Below, piece after piece: positions 25,835 to 39,999 of a stretch of DNA of 64,000 nucleotides. Positions within the stretch are counted from its first letter, which is position 1. The number at the start of each line of letters is the position of its first letter. Source of the DNA: Eledone cirrhosa (lineage: Eukaryota); assembly GCA_964016885.1 (NCBI GenBank), contig OZ024747.1, positions 8,556,001 through 8,620,000 of the forward strand, in the 5' to 3' direction. A program made the position numbers and the translations under genes. The notes beneath the pieces are model-generated. The model ran no database searches, was not told the DNA's origin, and saw only the letters and a list, made by a program, of their open reading frames with translations.

Positions 25835-28204
25835 CTGGATAGATGTTGGAAGGCTTCTAGATGTTGTTGAAGTAATCCATTCATTTTGTGGCTCTAATAC
25901 AAAGTAGAACTGACTTGAAGATTTTATCAGTTGAGTATGTCTGTTTTTCTTTTCATGAGAGTTTCTCAGTAAGGTGGCAGGATTTTTACTGTGACTAATT
26001 AAATGACTTTTTTCAATTTTTGAGTGGATTGACGGGTTCACTTCAGCAGTTAACGAGCCATTTCGCATATTGTTATACCTCACAACACACATTGTTATAG
26101 AAATCACAATAGCAACACACACTATTACAGTTACCACAACAATAATAATAACCATATTGACATCAATCATTTTATTTGATTTGATACGCATTGCTTTTGT
26201 TGTCTTGTTGCTGACAGCTAATGTCAAAGATATTGTGGTAGTTGCCGATAGAACTGGGGTGCCACTGTCTTTGACAAGAAATTTCAGCTTGTATGACCCT
26301 GCATCGCTCTGGTAAACTGCACGAGAAAATGATAACACGCCAGTGTAAGCATCAATGGAAAACAACTGTTTGTCATTGCCTCCAATAATTTTATATTGGA
26401 GAAAGGCATTTCTGGGACTGTCTCTGTCTGCAGCTCTCAGAACTGTGATGTCATTCTTAGTCTGTGGATAATAATAGACATCCAGACTGAAAGGGTTAAC
26501 ACTAGGGAAGGTGAAATATGGAGCATTGTCATTCTCATCCATGACTTCAACAATAACATTTCCAGTGTTATTCAAAGATGGTGTCCCATTGTCTTTGACT
26601 AAAACCTGGAATTCATAGATTTCTAGTTGTTCCCGATCCAGTGATTTTGTTGTTGAAATAAATCCATTATCAGTAATCTGAAAAGGAAGAACAGTTTTGA
26701 TATTTTTCACTAGAGAGTAAGTTAGCTGACCTCCAGCTTTCAGATCAGGGTCAGTAGCATTAATAAATCCAACAGGAAAATTTGGTTCCTCATTTTCATA
26801 GGTAAGGAATTTGAATGTGTCCTTAGTAAACTGTGGGCGCATATCATTCATATCCTGAACTTGGATAGAGAAATTCCTCTCTGCCTTCAAGGAAGGTGTT
26901 CCTTTATCTTGACATGATAGAGTAATGTCATAGTGATCTTCTGTTTCTCGATCAACAGCATTTTTTACTGTAATTTTATACCCTTCTGAATCTAAGTTTT
27001 GAAGTTCAAATTTTTCATGCACAAGTTCACATACGACCTCTCCGTTTTGTCCAAGGTCATTGTCCGTAACTTTTACATAAGCAATGAAACTGCCTACTTT
27101 TATTCCTTCAGAGATGGAAGCAGTACTGTCAGACAAAGTTGAAACAAAATTTACATCAATTTTAGGGGGATTGTTCTGTTGGTTTATGACATTTACATTG
27201 ACAGCTGTGATACAGCTCAAAGGTGGACTGCCCTCATCTCTGGCTTCTATAAACAACTTATATGTTTGTTTTTGTCCAAAAGGGAACTTTCTCTGTAAGA
27301 AAATTTCTCCAGTTTCTTCAGTCAGCCTAAAGTGATTTTTCACTAGATCTGATGTTTTGGAACTGAAATGGTATGAAACTTGGCCATTATTTCCAAAATC
27401 TAAGTCTATCGCAGACAAAACTACAACTGGTGAGTCTTTTGGGTGTGTGTTTTTTATTGAAATATTGTAATCTTTTTGAGCAAAAATTGGTGGGTTATCA
27501 TTAACATCAATAACAGTAATTTCAACATCTAGAATACACTGCTTCGGTGGGTAGCCCCCATCGATGGCAAGTATTTGCAGCATATATTTATCTTTTACTT
27601 CTCGGTCTATTTTTTTTTCTAAAATTATTTTAAGTTTATCAGTCCCATCTACCCTTTTTGAAACAGACAATGTAAATGGTTTGCCTGTATTATTCTTTAA
27701 TTGATATGTAATGTGGGAATTTCGAACACTAACATCTTTGTCTATGGCATTCGGAACTGATCGCCTGGTTCCTTTACCATCGGTTTCATAGAACTGAAGT
27801 CTGAACTCTTTGGTTGGAAATTCTGGGAAGTGGTCATTGACATCTTCTACAATAACTTTAATCTTTAATATAGATAGAAAAGTTGTATCCTGTTGCATAG
27901 CAACTTCAACCCATCTGCAACACTCTATATTATAAGTACAAAGAGCTTCAGCATCCAATACCTGTTCTGTAGTGAGTGTTCCTGATTTGGAGACATTGAA
28001 TAATTGGCGACCATTGTGTGCATTTATTAAACTGAATGTTATGGAGCTTTGGCTTTGTTGTAAATTATCCAATGATGATGCATCCTCAGCAATGTTCCCC
28101 ACATAGGTACCCGGACTTTTACCTTCCTGTACAGTATAGACAAGATGCATCACACACAAACAACAGTGAAGAAATGAGAGTAGTATGTACACTGGTACCA
28201 ACAT
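25835..28204 (-). CDS. Protocadherin, large ectodomain/TM exon (790 codons; C-terminus presumably in downstream exons)
   Basis: ATG at 28204 gives a signal peptide (MLVPVYILLSFLHCCLC). Six cadherin repeats with DVNDHFP, DVNDNPP, DMNDMRP, DENDNAP and DRE motifs; EC1 Cys-X5-Cys (LCTYNIEC); hydrophobic TM VIIIVVVTVIVCVAIVISITMCVV. Phase-0 donor CAG|GTAAAT at 25835/25834; acceptor TTTTCAG ending at 28261. The ORF-track GTG start and tail to 25493 are probably not real. Confidence 0.95.
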
Positions 28205-28274
28205 ATCCCCACTGATAGCTGTTACAGTCACCAGATGTCTGATTTGAACATCAAATGTTTCTGAAAATAGACAG

Positions 28275-28880
28275 AAGATATATTAATATCAAGAAAACAG
28301 GGAAGATATACTCATACCAAGACTATAAAGATATATTTATATAAACAATACAGGAAAGATATATTTATATCAAGAAAACAGGGAAGATATACTCATACCA
28401 AGACTATAAAGATATATTTATATAAACAATACAGGAAAGATATATTTATATCAAGAAAACAGGGAAGATATACTCATACCAAGACTATAAAGATATATTT
28501 ATATAAACAATACAGGAAAGATATATTTATATCAAGAAAACAGGGAAGATATACTCATACCAAGACTATAAAGATATATTTATATAAACAATACAGGAAA
28601 GATATATTTATATCAAGAAAACAGGGAAGATATACTCATACCAAGACTATAAAGATATATTTATATAAACAATAAAGAAAAGATATATTTATATCAACAA
28701 AACAGGGAAGATATACTCATACCAAGACTATAAAGATATATTTATATAAACAATAAAGAAAAGATATATTTATATAAACAATAAAGAAAAGATATATTTA
28801 TATCAACAAAACAGGAAAGATATATTAAGAAAAACAATGTAAGGAATATATATTAAGATTAACAATAGACAGAAGTTATA
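28275..28880. repeat. 81-bp (3 x ~27-bp subunit) repeat at the Pcdh acceptor
   Basis: TATCAAGAAAACAGGGAAGATATACTCATACCAAGACTATAAAGATATATTTATATAAACAATACAGGAAAGATATATTTA repeated ~5-6 times, degenerate distally. Confidence 0.95.
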
Positions 28881-28882
28881 TT

Positions 28883-29057
28883 AATTGTTTCTACTTTTGG
28901 CACAAGGCCAGCAATTACCACAGTGCATTACTGGTACTTTATTTTATTGACCCCGTAAGGATGAAAGGCAAAGTTAACCTCGGTGGGATTTGAACTCAGA
29001 TCATAAAGGGCCGTAACTCTATGCATCAAAGCATGGCGTCTGACCCTCTACCGATAT
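28883..29057 (-). mobile_element. Nin-domain SINE inserted into the AT-rich repeat of the Pcdh 5' intron
   Basis: Homologous to the 50950 copy; ATATTAAT on both sides. Further copies at ~2250-2440, 11360-11585(+), 20308-20490, 23750-23840(+), 42350-42606 and 51385-51515. Confidence 0.8.
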
Positions 29058-29182
29058 TAATATCAACAATACAGGGAAGATTTATTTATATCAACAACTT
29101 GAAAGAGAATTGCTATATTTGAACATCAGGAAAATTATAGTTTACAGTATAAAATAGTATTTCTATAATAGCAGTATTAGCG

Positions 29183-32100
29183 ACTGTATCATGTATTGAG
29201 GGTGGAGGCAACTGCATCATGTATTGAAGGGTGGATGCAACTGCATCATGTATTGAAGGGTGGAGGCAACTGTATCATGTATTGAAGGGTGGATGCAACT
29301 GTATCATGTATTAAAGAGTGGATGCAACTGTATCATGTATTAAAGGGTGGATGCAACTGTATCATGTATTAAAGGGTGGATGCAACTGTATCATGTATTG
29401 AAGGGTGGATGCAACTGTATCATGTATTGAAGGGTGGATGCAACTGCATCATGTATTGAAGGGTGGAGGCAACTGCATCATGTATTGAAGGGTGGATGCA
29501 ACTGTATCATGTATTGAAGGGTGGATGCAACTGTATCATGTATTAAAGGGTGGAGGCAACTGTATCATGTATTAAAGGGTGGATGCAACTGCATCATGTA
29601 TTGAAGGGTGGATGCAACTGTATCATGTATTGAAGGGTGGATGCAACTGTATCATGTATTAAAGGGTGGATGCAACTGTATCATGTATTAAAGGGTGGAT
29701 GCAACTGCATCATGTATTGAAGGGTGGATGCAACTGTATCATGTATTGAAGGGTGGATGCAACTGCATCATGTATTGAAGGGTGGATGCAACTGTATCAT
29801 GTATTAAAGGGTGGATGCAACTGCATCATGTATTGAAGGGTGGATGCAACTGTATCATGTATTGAAGGGTGGATGCAACTGTATCATGTATTAAAGGGTG
29901 GATGCAACTGTATCATGTATTAAAGGGTGGATGCAACTGTATCATGTATTAAAGGGTGGATGCAACTGCATCATGTATTGAAGGGTGGATGCAACTGTAT
30001 CATGTATTAAAGGGTGGATGCAACTGCATCATGTATTGAAGGGTGGATGCAACTGTATCATGTATTAAAGGGTGGAGGCAACTGTATCATGTATTAAAGG
30101 GTGGATGCAACTGCATCATGTATTGAAGGGTGGATGCAACTGCATCATGTATTGAAGGGTGGATGCAACTGTATCATGTATTGAAGGGTGGAGGCAACTG
30201 TATCATGTATTGAAGGGTGGATGCAACTGTATCATGTATTAAAGGGTGGATGCAACTGTATCATGTATTAAAGGGTGGATGCAACTGCATCATGTATTGA
30301 AGGGTGGATGCAACTGTATCATGTATTGAAGGGTGGATGCAACTGTATCATGTATTGAAGGGTGGAGGCAACTGTATCATGTATTAAAGGGTGGAGGCAA
30401 CTGTATCATGTATTGAAGGGTGGATGCAACTGTATCATGTATTGAAGGGTGGAGGCAACTGTATCATGTATTAAAGGGTGGATGCAACTGTATCATGTAT
30501 TGAAGGGTGGAGGCAACTGTATCATGTATTAAAGGGTGGAGGCAACTGTATCATGTATTGAAGGGTGGATGCAACTGCATCATGTATTGAAGGGTGGATG
30601 CAACTGTATCATGTATTAAAGGGTGGAGGCAACTGTATCATGTATTAAAGGGTGGATGCAACTGTATCATGTATTGAAGGGTGGAGGCAACTGTATCATG
30701 TATTAAAGGGTGGAGGCAACTGTATCATGTATTGAAGGGTGGATGCAACTGTATCATGTATTGAAGGGTGGAGGCAACTGTATCATGAATTAAAGGGTGG
30801 AGGCAACTGTATCATGTATTGAAGGGTGGATGCAACTGCATCATGTATTGAAGGGTGGATGCAACTGTATCATGTATTGAAGGGTGGATGCAACTGCATC
30901 ATGTATTGAAGGGTGGATGCAACTGTATCATGTATTGAAGGGTGGATGCAACTGCATCATGTATTGAAGGGTGGATGCAACTGTATCATGTATTGAAGGG
31001 TGGATGCAACTGTATCATGTATTGAAGGGTGGATGCAACTGTATCATGTATTAAAGGGTGGATGCAACTGTATCATGTATTGAAGGGTGGAGGCAGCTGT
31101 ATCATGTATTAAAGGGTGGAGGCAACTGTATCATGTATTGAAGGGTGGATGCAACTGCATCATGTATTGAAGGGTGGATGCAACTGTATCATGTATTAAA
31201 GGGTGGAGGCAACTGTATCATGTATTAAAGGGTGGATGCAACTGTATCATGTATTGAAGGGTGGAGGCAACTGTATCATGTATTAAAGGGTGGAGGCAAC
31301 TGTATCATGTATTGAAGGGTGGATGCAACTGTATCATGTATTGAAGGGTGGAGGCAACTGTATCATGTATTAAAGGGTGGAGGCAACTGTATCATGTATT
31401 GAAGGGTGGATGCAACTGCATCATGTATTGAAGGGTGGATGCAACTGTATCATGTATTGAAGGGTGGATGCAACTGCATCATGTATTGAAGGGTGGATGC
31501 AACTGTATCATGTATTGAAGGGTGGATGCAACTGCATCATGTATTGAAGGGTGGATGCAACTGTATCATGTATTGAAGGGTGGATGCAACTGTATCATGT
31601 ATTGAAGGGTGGATGCAACTGTATCATGTATTGAAGGGTGGAGGCAACTGCATCATGTATTGAAGGGTGGATGCAACTGTATCATGTATTGAAGGGTGGA
31701 TGCAACTGCATCATGTATTGAAGGGTGGAGGCAACTGTATCATGTATTAAAGGGTGGATGCAACTGTATCATGTATTGAAGGGTGGAGGCAACTGCATCA
31801 TGTATTGAAGGGTGGATGCAACTGTATCATGTATTGAAGGGTGGATGCAACTGTATCATGTATTGAAGGGTGGATGCAACTGTATCATGTATTGAAGGGT
31901 GGAGGCAACTGTATCATGTATAGAAGGGTGGATGCAACTGTATCATGTATTGAAGGGTGGAGGCAACTGTATCATGTATTAAAGGGTGGAGGCAACTGCA
32001 TCATGTATTGAAGGGTGGATGCAACTGTATCATGTATTGAAGGGTGGATGCAACTGTATCATGTATTGAAGGGTGGATGCAACTGCATCATGTATTGAAG

Positions 32101-35100
32101 GGTGGAGGCAACTGTATCATGTATAGAAGGGTGGATGCAACTGTATCATGTATTGAAGGGTGGAGGCAACTGTATCATGTATTAAAGGGTGGAGGCAACT
32201 GCATCATGTATTGAAGGGTGGAGGCAACTGTATCATGTATTGAAGGGTGGAGGCAACTGCATCATGTATTGAAGGGTGGATGCAACTGTATCATGTATTG
32301 AAGGGTGGAGGCAACTGCATCATGTATTGAAGGGTGGATGCAACTGTATCATGTATTAAAGGGTGGATGCAACTGCATCATGTATTGAAGGGTGGAGGCA
32401 ACTGTATCATGTATTAAAGGGTGGATGCAACTGTATCATGTATTGAAGGGTGGAGGCAACTGCATCATGTATTGAAGGGTGGATGCAACTGTATCATGTA
32501 TTGAAGGGTGGATGCAACTGCATCATGTATTGAAGGGTGGAGGCAACTGTATCATGTATTGAAGGGTGGAGGCAACTGTATCATGTATTGAAGGGTGGAT
32601 GCAACTGTATCATGTATTGAAGGGTGGAGGCAACTGCATCATGTATTGAAGGGTGGATGCAACTGTATCATGTATTAAAGGGTGGATGCAACTGCATCAT
32701 GTATTGAAGGTTGGAGGCAACTGTATCATGTATTGAAGGGTGGAGGCAACTGTATCATGTATTGAAGGGTGGATGCAACTGCATCATGTATTGAAGGGTG
32801 GAGGCAACTGTATCATGTATTGAAGGGTGGAGGCAACTGTATCATGTATTGAAGGGTGGATGCAACTGTATCATGTATTGAAGGGTGGATGCAACTGCAT
32901 CATGTATTAAAGGGTGGATGCAACTGCATCATGTATTGAAGGGTGGAGGCAACTGCATCATGTATTGAAGGGTGGAGGCAACTGCATCATGTATTGAAGG
33001 GTGGATGCAACTGTATCATGTATTGAAGGGTGGATGCAACTGTATCGTGTATTGAAGGGTGGAGGCAACTGCATCATGTATTGAAGGGTGGAGGCAACTG
33101 CATCATGTATTGAAGGGTGGATGCAACTGCATCATGTATTGAAGGGTGGATGCAACTGTATCATGTATTGAAGGGTGGATGCAACTGTATCGTGTATTGA
33201 AGGGTGGAGGCAACTGCATCATGTATTGAAGGGTGGAGGCAACTGTATCATGTATTGAAGGGTGGAGGCAACTGTATCATGTATTAAAGGGTGGATGCAA
33301 CTGTATCATGTATTGAAGGGTGGAGGCAACTGTATCATGTATTAAAGGGTGGATGCAACTGTATCATGTATTGAAGGGTGGAGGCAACTGTATCATGTAT
33401 TGAAGGGTGGATGCAACTGTATCATGTATTGAAGGGTGGATGCAACTGCATCATGTATTGAAGGGTGGAGGCAACTGTATCATGTATTGAAGGGTGGATG
33501 CAACTGTATCATGTATTGAAGGGTGGAGGCAACTGTATCATGTATTGAAGGGTGGATGCAACTGTATCATGTATTAAAGGGTGGATGCAACTGTATCATG
33601 TATTGAAGGGTGGATGCAACTGTATCATGTATTGAAGGGTGGAGGCAACTGTATCATGTATTGAAGGGTGGAGGCAACTGTATCATGTATTGAAGGGTGG
33701 ATGCAACTGTATCATGTATTGAAGGGTGGAGGCAACTGTATCATGTATTGAAGGGTGGATGCAACTGTATCATGTATTGAAGGGTGGATGCAACTGTATC
33801 GTGTATTAAAGGGTGGATGCAACTGTATCATGTATTGAAGGGTGGATGCAACTGTATCATGTATTAAAGGGTGGAGGCAACTGTATCATGTATTGAAGGG
33901 TGGAGGCAACTGTATCATGTATTAAAGGGTGGATGCAACTGTATCATGTATTAAAGGGTGGAGGCAACTGTATCATGTATTGAAGGGTGGAGGCAACTGT
34001 ATCATGTATTAAAGGGTGGATGCAACTGTATCATGTATTGAAGGGTGGAGGCAACTGTATCATGTATTGAAGGGTGGATGCAACTGTATCATGTATTGAA
34101 GGGTGGAGGCAACTGTATCATGTATTAAAGGGTGGAGGCAACTGTATCATGTATTAAAGGGTGGATGCAACTGTATCATGTATTGAAGGGTGGAGGCAAC
34201 TGTATCATGTATTGAAGGGTGGATGCAACTGTATCATGTATTGAAGGGTGGAGGCAACTGTATCATGTATTGAAGGGTGGATGCAACTGTATCATGTATT
34301 GAAGGGTGGATGGAACTGTATCATGTATTGAAGGGTGGATGCAACTGTATCGTGTATTAAAGGGTGGATGCAACTGTATCATGTATTGAAGGGTGGATGC
34401 AACTGTATCATGTATTAAAGGGTGGAGGCAACTGTATCATGTATTGAAGGGTGGAGGCAACTGTATCATGTATTAAAGGGTGGATGCAACTGTATCATGT
34501 ATTAAAGGGTGGATGCAACTGTATCGTGTATTAAAGGGTGGATGCAACTGTATCATGTATTGAAGGGTGGATGCAACTGTATCATGTATTAAAGGGTGGA
34601 GGCAACTGTATCATGTATTGAAGGGTGGAGGCAACTGTATCATGTATTAAAGGGTGGAGGCAACTGTATCATGTATTGAAGGGTGGAGGCAACTGTATCA
34701 TGTATTAAAGGTTGGATGCAACTGTATCGTGTATTAAAGGGTGGATGCAACTGTATCATGTATTAAAGGTTGGATGCAACTGTATCATGTATTAAAGGGT
34801 GGAGGCAACTGTATCATGTATTGAAGGGTGGAGGCAACTGTATCATGTATTAAAGGGTGGAGGCAACTGTATCATGTATTAAAGGGTGGATGCAACTGTA
34901 TCGTGTATTAAAGGGTGGATGCAACTGTATCATGTATTGAAGGGTGGATGCAACTGTATCATGTATTAAAGGGTGGATGCAACTGCATCATGTATTGAAG
35001 GGTGGAGGCAACTGTATCATGTATTGAAGGGTGGAGGCAACTGTATCATGTATTGAAGGGTGGATGCAACTGTATCATGTATTAAAGGGTGGAGGCAACT

Positions 35101-38100
35101 GCATCATGTATTGAAGGGTGGATGCAACTGTATCATGTATTGAAGGGTGGATGCAATTGTATCATGTATTAAAGGGTGGATGCAACTGCATCATGTATTG
35201 AAGGGTGGATGCAACTGTATCATGTATTGAAGGGTGGAGGCAACTGTATCATGTATTAAAGGGTGGATGCAACTGTATCATGTATTGAAGGGTGGAGGCA
35301 ACTGTATCATGTATTGAAGGGTGGAGGCAACTGTATCATGTATTGAAGGGTGGATGCAATTGTATCATGTATTAAAGGGTGGATGCAACTGCATCATGTA
35401 TTGAAGGGTGGAGGCAACTGTATCATGTATTAAAGGGTGGATGCAACTGCATCATGTATTGAAGGGTGGAGGCAACTGTATCATGTATTGAAGGGTGGAT
35501 GCAACTGTATCATGTATTAAAGGGTGGATGCAACTGCATCATGTATTGAAGGGTGGATGCAACTGTATCATGTATTGAGGGTGGAGGCAACTGTATCATG
35601 TATTAAAGGGTGGATGCAACTGTATCATGTATTAAAGGGTGGATGCAACTGCATCATGTATTGAAGGGTGGATGCAACTGCATCATGTATTGAAGGGTGG
35701 AGGCAACTGTATCATGTATTTAAGGGTGGATGCAACTGTATCATGTATTAAAGGGTGGATGCAACTGCATCATATATTGAAGGGTGGAGGCAACTGTATC
35801 ATGTATTGAAGGGTGGATGCAACTGTATCATGTATTAAAGGGTGGAGGCAACTGTATCATGTATTGAAGGGTGGAGGCAACTGTATCATGTATTGAAGGG
35901 TGGATGCAACTGTATCATGTATTAAAGGGTGGAGGCAACTGTATCATGTATTGAAGGGTGGAGGCAACTGTATCATGTATTGAAGGGTGGATGCAACTGT
36001 ATCATGTATTAAAGGGTGGAGGCAACTGTATCATGTATTGAAGGGTGGATGCAACTGCATCATGTATTGAAGGGTGGATGCAACTGTATCATGTATTGAA
36101 GGGTGGAGGCAACTGTATCATGTATTGAAGGGTGGATGCAACTGTATCATGTATTGAAGGGTGGATGCAACTGTATCATGTATTGAAGGGTGGATGCAAC
36201 TGTATCATGTATTAAAGGGTGGATGCAACTGCATCATGTATTGAAGGGTGGATGCAACTGCATCATGTATTGAAGGGTGGATGCAACTGCATCATGTATT
36301 GAAGGGTGGATGCAACTGTATCATGTATTGAAGGGTGGATGCAACTGTATCATGTATTAAAGGGTGGAGGCAACTGTATCATGTATTGAAGGGTGGATGC
36401 AACTGTATCATGTATTGAAGGGTGGATGCAACTGCATCATGTATTGAAGGGTGGATGCAACTGCATCATGTATTAAAGGGTGGATGCAACTGCATCATGT
36501 ATTGAAGGGTGGATGCAACTGTATCATGTATTAAAGGGTGGAGGCAACTGTATCATGTATTGAAGGGTGGATGCAACTGTATCATGTATTGAAGGGTGGA
36601 TGCAACTGCATCATGTATTGAAGGGTGGATGCAACTGCATCATGTATTGAAGGGTGGATGCAACTGTATCATGTATTGAAGGGTGGATGCAACTGTATCA
36701 TGTATTAAAGGGTGGATGCAACTGCATCATGTATTGAAGGGTGGATGCAACTGCATCATGTATTGAAGGGTGGATGCAACTGCATCATGTATTGAAGGGT
36801 GGATGCAACTGTATCATGTATTGAAGGGTGGATGCAACTGTATCATGTATTAAAGGGTGGAGGCAACTGTATCATGTATTGAAGGGTGGATGCAACTGTA
36901 TCATGTATTGAAGGGTGGATGCAACTGCATCATGTATTGAAGGGTGGATGCAACTGCATCATGTATTAAAGGGTGGATGCAACTGCATCATGTATTGAAG
37001 GGTGGATGCAACTGTATCATGTATTAAAGGGTGGAGGCAACTGTATCATGTATTGAAGGGTGGATGCAACTGTATCATGTATTGAAGGGTGGATGCAACT
37101 GCATCATGTATTGAAGGGTGGATGCAACTGCATCATGTATTGAAGGGTGGATGCAACTGTATCATGTATTGAAGGGTGGATGCAACTGCATCATGTATTA
37201 AAGGGTGGAGGCAACTGTATCGTGTATTGAAGGGTGGATGCAACTGTATCATGTATTGAAGGGTGGATGCAACTGTATCATGTATTGAAGGGTGGAGGCA
37301 ACTGCATCATGTATTGAAGGGTGGAGGCAACTGTATCATGTATTGAAGGGTGGAGGCAACTGTATCATGTATTGAAGGGTGGAGGCAACTGTATCATGTA
37401 TTGAAGGGTGGAGGCAACTGTATCATGTATTGAAGGGTGGATGCAACTGCATCATGTATTGAAGGGTGGATGCAACTGTATCATGTATTGAAGGGTGGAT
37501 GCAACTGCATCATGTATTGAAGGGTGGAGGCAACTGTATCATGTATTGAAGGGTGGAGGCAACTGTATCATGTATTGAAGGGTGGATGCAACTGCATCAT
37601 GTATTGAAGGGTGGAGGCAACTGTATCATGTATTGAAGGGTGGATGCAACTGCATCATGTATTGAAGGGTGGATGCAACTGTATCATGTATTGAAGGGTG
37701 GATGCAACTGCATCATGTATTGAAGGGTGGATGCAACTGTATCATGTATTAAAGGGTGGAGGCAACTGTATCATGTATTGAAGGGTGGATGCAACTGCAT
37801 CATGTATTGAAGGGTGGATGCAACTGTATCATGTATTGAAGGGTGGAGGCAACTGCATCATGTATTGAAGGGTGGATGCAACTGTATCATGTATTGAAGG
37901 GTGGAGGCAACTGCATCATGTATTGAAGGGTGGATGCAACTGTATCATGTATTGAAGGGTGGATGCAACTGCATCATGTATTGAAGGGTGGAGGCAACTG
38001 TATCATGTATTGAAGGGTGGATGCAACTGCATCATGTATTGAAGGGTGGAGGCAACTGTATCATGTATTGAAGGGTGGATGCAACTGCATCATGTATTGA

Positions 38101-39999
38101 AGGGTGGATGCAACTGTATCATGTATTGAAGGGTGGATGCAACTGCATCATGTATTGAAGGGTGGATGCAACTGTATCATGTATTAAAGGGTGGAGGCAA
38201 CTGTATCATGTATTGAAGGGTGGATGCAACTGCATCATGTATTGAAGGGTGGATGCAACTGTATCATGTATTGAAGGGTGGAGGCAACTGCATCATGTAT
38301 TGAAGGGTGTATGCAACTGTATCATGTATTAAAGGGTGGATGCAACTGTATCATGTATTAAAGGGTGGAGGCAACTGTATCATGTATTGAAGGGTGGATG
38401 CAACTGCATCATGTATTGAAGGGTGGATGCAACTGTATCATGTATTAAAGGGTGGATGCAACTGTATCATGTATTAAAGGGTGGAGGCAACTGTATCATG
38501 TATTGAAGGGTGGATGCAACTGCATCATGTATTGAAGGGTGGATGCAACTGTATCATGTATTAAAGGGTGGATGCAACTGTATCATGTATTAAAGGGTGG
38601 ATGCAACTGCATCATGTATTGAAGGGTGGATGCAACTGTATCATGTATTAAAGGGTGGATGCAACTGTATCATGTATTAAAGGGTGGAGGCAACTGTATC
38701 ATGTATTGAAGGGTGGATGCAACTGCATCATGTATTGAAGGGTGGATGCAACTGTATCATGTATTGAAGGGTGGAGGCAACTGTATCATGTATTGAAGGG
38801 TGGATGCAACTGCATCATGTATTGAAGGGTGGATGCAACTGCATCATGTATTGAAGGGTGGATGCAACTGTATCATGTATTGAAGGGTGGATGCAACTGT
38901 ATCATGTATTGAAGGGTGGATGCAACTGTATCATGTATTGAAGGGTGGATGCAACTGCATCATGTATTGAATGGTGGATGCAACTGTATCATGTATTGAA
39001 GGGTGGATGCAACTGCATCATGTATTGAAGGGTGGATGCAACTGTATCATGTATTGAAGGGTGGATGCAACTGCATCATGTATTGAAGGGTGGATGCAAC
39101 TGCATCATGTATTGAAGGGTGGAGGCAACTGTATCATGTATTGAAGGGTGGATGCAACTGTATCATGTATTGAAGGGTGGAGGCAACTGCATCATGTATT
39201 GAAGGGTGGATGCAACTGTATCATGTATTGAAGGGTGGATGCAACTGCATCATGTATTGAAGGGTGGAGGCAACTGTATCATGTATTGAAGGGTGGAGGC
39301 AACTGTATCATGTATTGAAGGGTGGATGCAACTGCATCATGTATTGAAGGGTGGAGGCAACTGTATCATGTATTGAAGGGTGGAGGCAACTGTATCATGT
39401 ATTGAAGGGTGGATGCAACTGCATCATGTATTGAAGGGTGGATGCAACTGCATCATGTATTGAAGGGTGGAGGCAACTGTATCATGTATTGAAGGGTGGA
39501 GGCAACTGTATCATGTATTGAAGGGTGGATGCAACTGTATCATGTATTAAAGGGTGGATGCAACTGTATCATGTATTGAAGGGTGGAGGCAACTGCATCA
39601 TGTATTGAAGGGTGGAGGCAACTGCATCATGTATTGAAGGGTGGATGCAACTGCATCATGTATTGAAGGGTGGATGCAACTGCATCATGTATTGAAGGGT
39701 GGATGCAACTGCATCATGTATTGAAGGGTGGATGCAACTGTATCGTGTATTGAAGGATGGAGGCAACTGCATCATGTATTGAAGGGTGGATGCAACTGCA
39801 TCATGTATTGAAGGGTGGATGCAACTGCATCATGTATTGAAGGGTGGATGCAACTGTATCATGTATTGAAGGGTGGATGCAACTGTATCATGTATTGAAG
39901 GGTGGAGGCAACTGCATCATGTATTAAAGGGTGGATGCAACTGCATCATGTATTGAAGGATGGATGCAACTGCATCATGTATTGAAGGGTGGATGCAAC
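29183..39999. repeat. 29-bp minisatellite, ~370 units
   Basis: Unit GCAACTG(T/C)ATCATGTATT(G/A)AAGGGTGGA(T/G). Confidence 0.99.

Noticed and set aside
28205-28231. ORF-track start MTVTAISGD
   Set aside because: It is a GTG codon; the in-frame ATG at 28204 directly precedes the signal peptide.
29183-39999. CRISPR-like array
   Set aside because: Units are contiguous with no unique spacers, no cas genes, eukaryotic context. The same applies to the 13080 and 7384 arrays.
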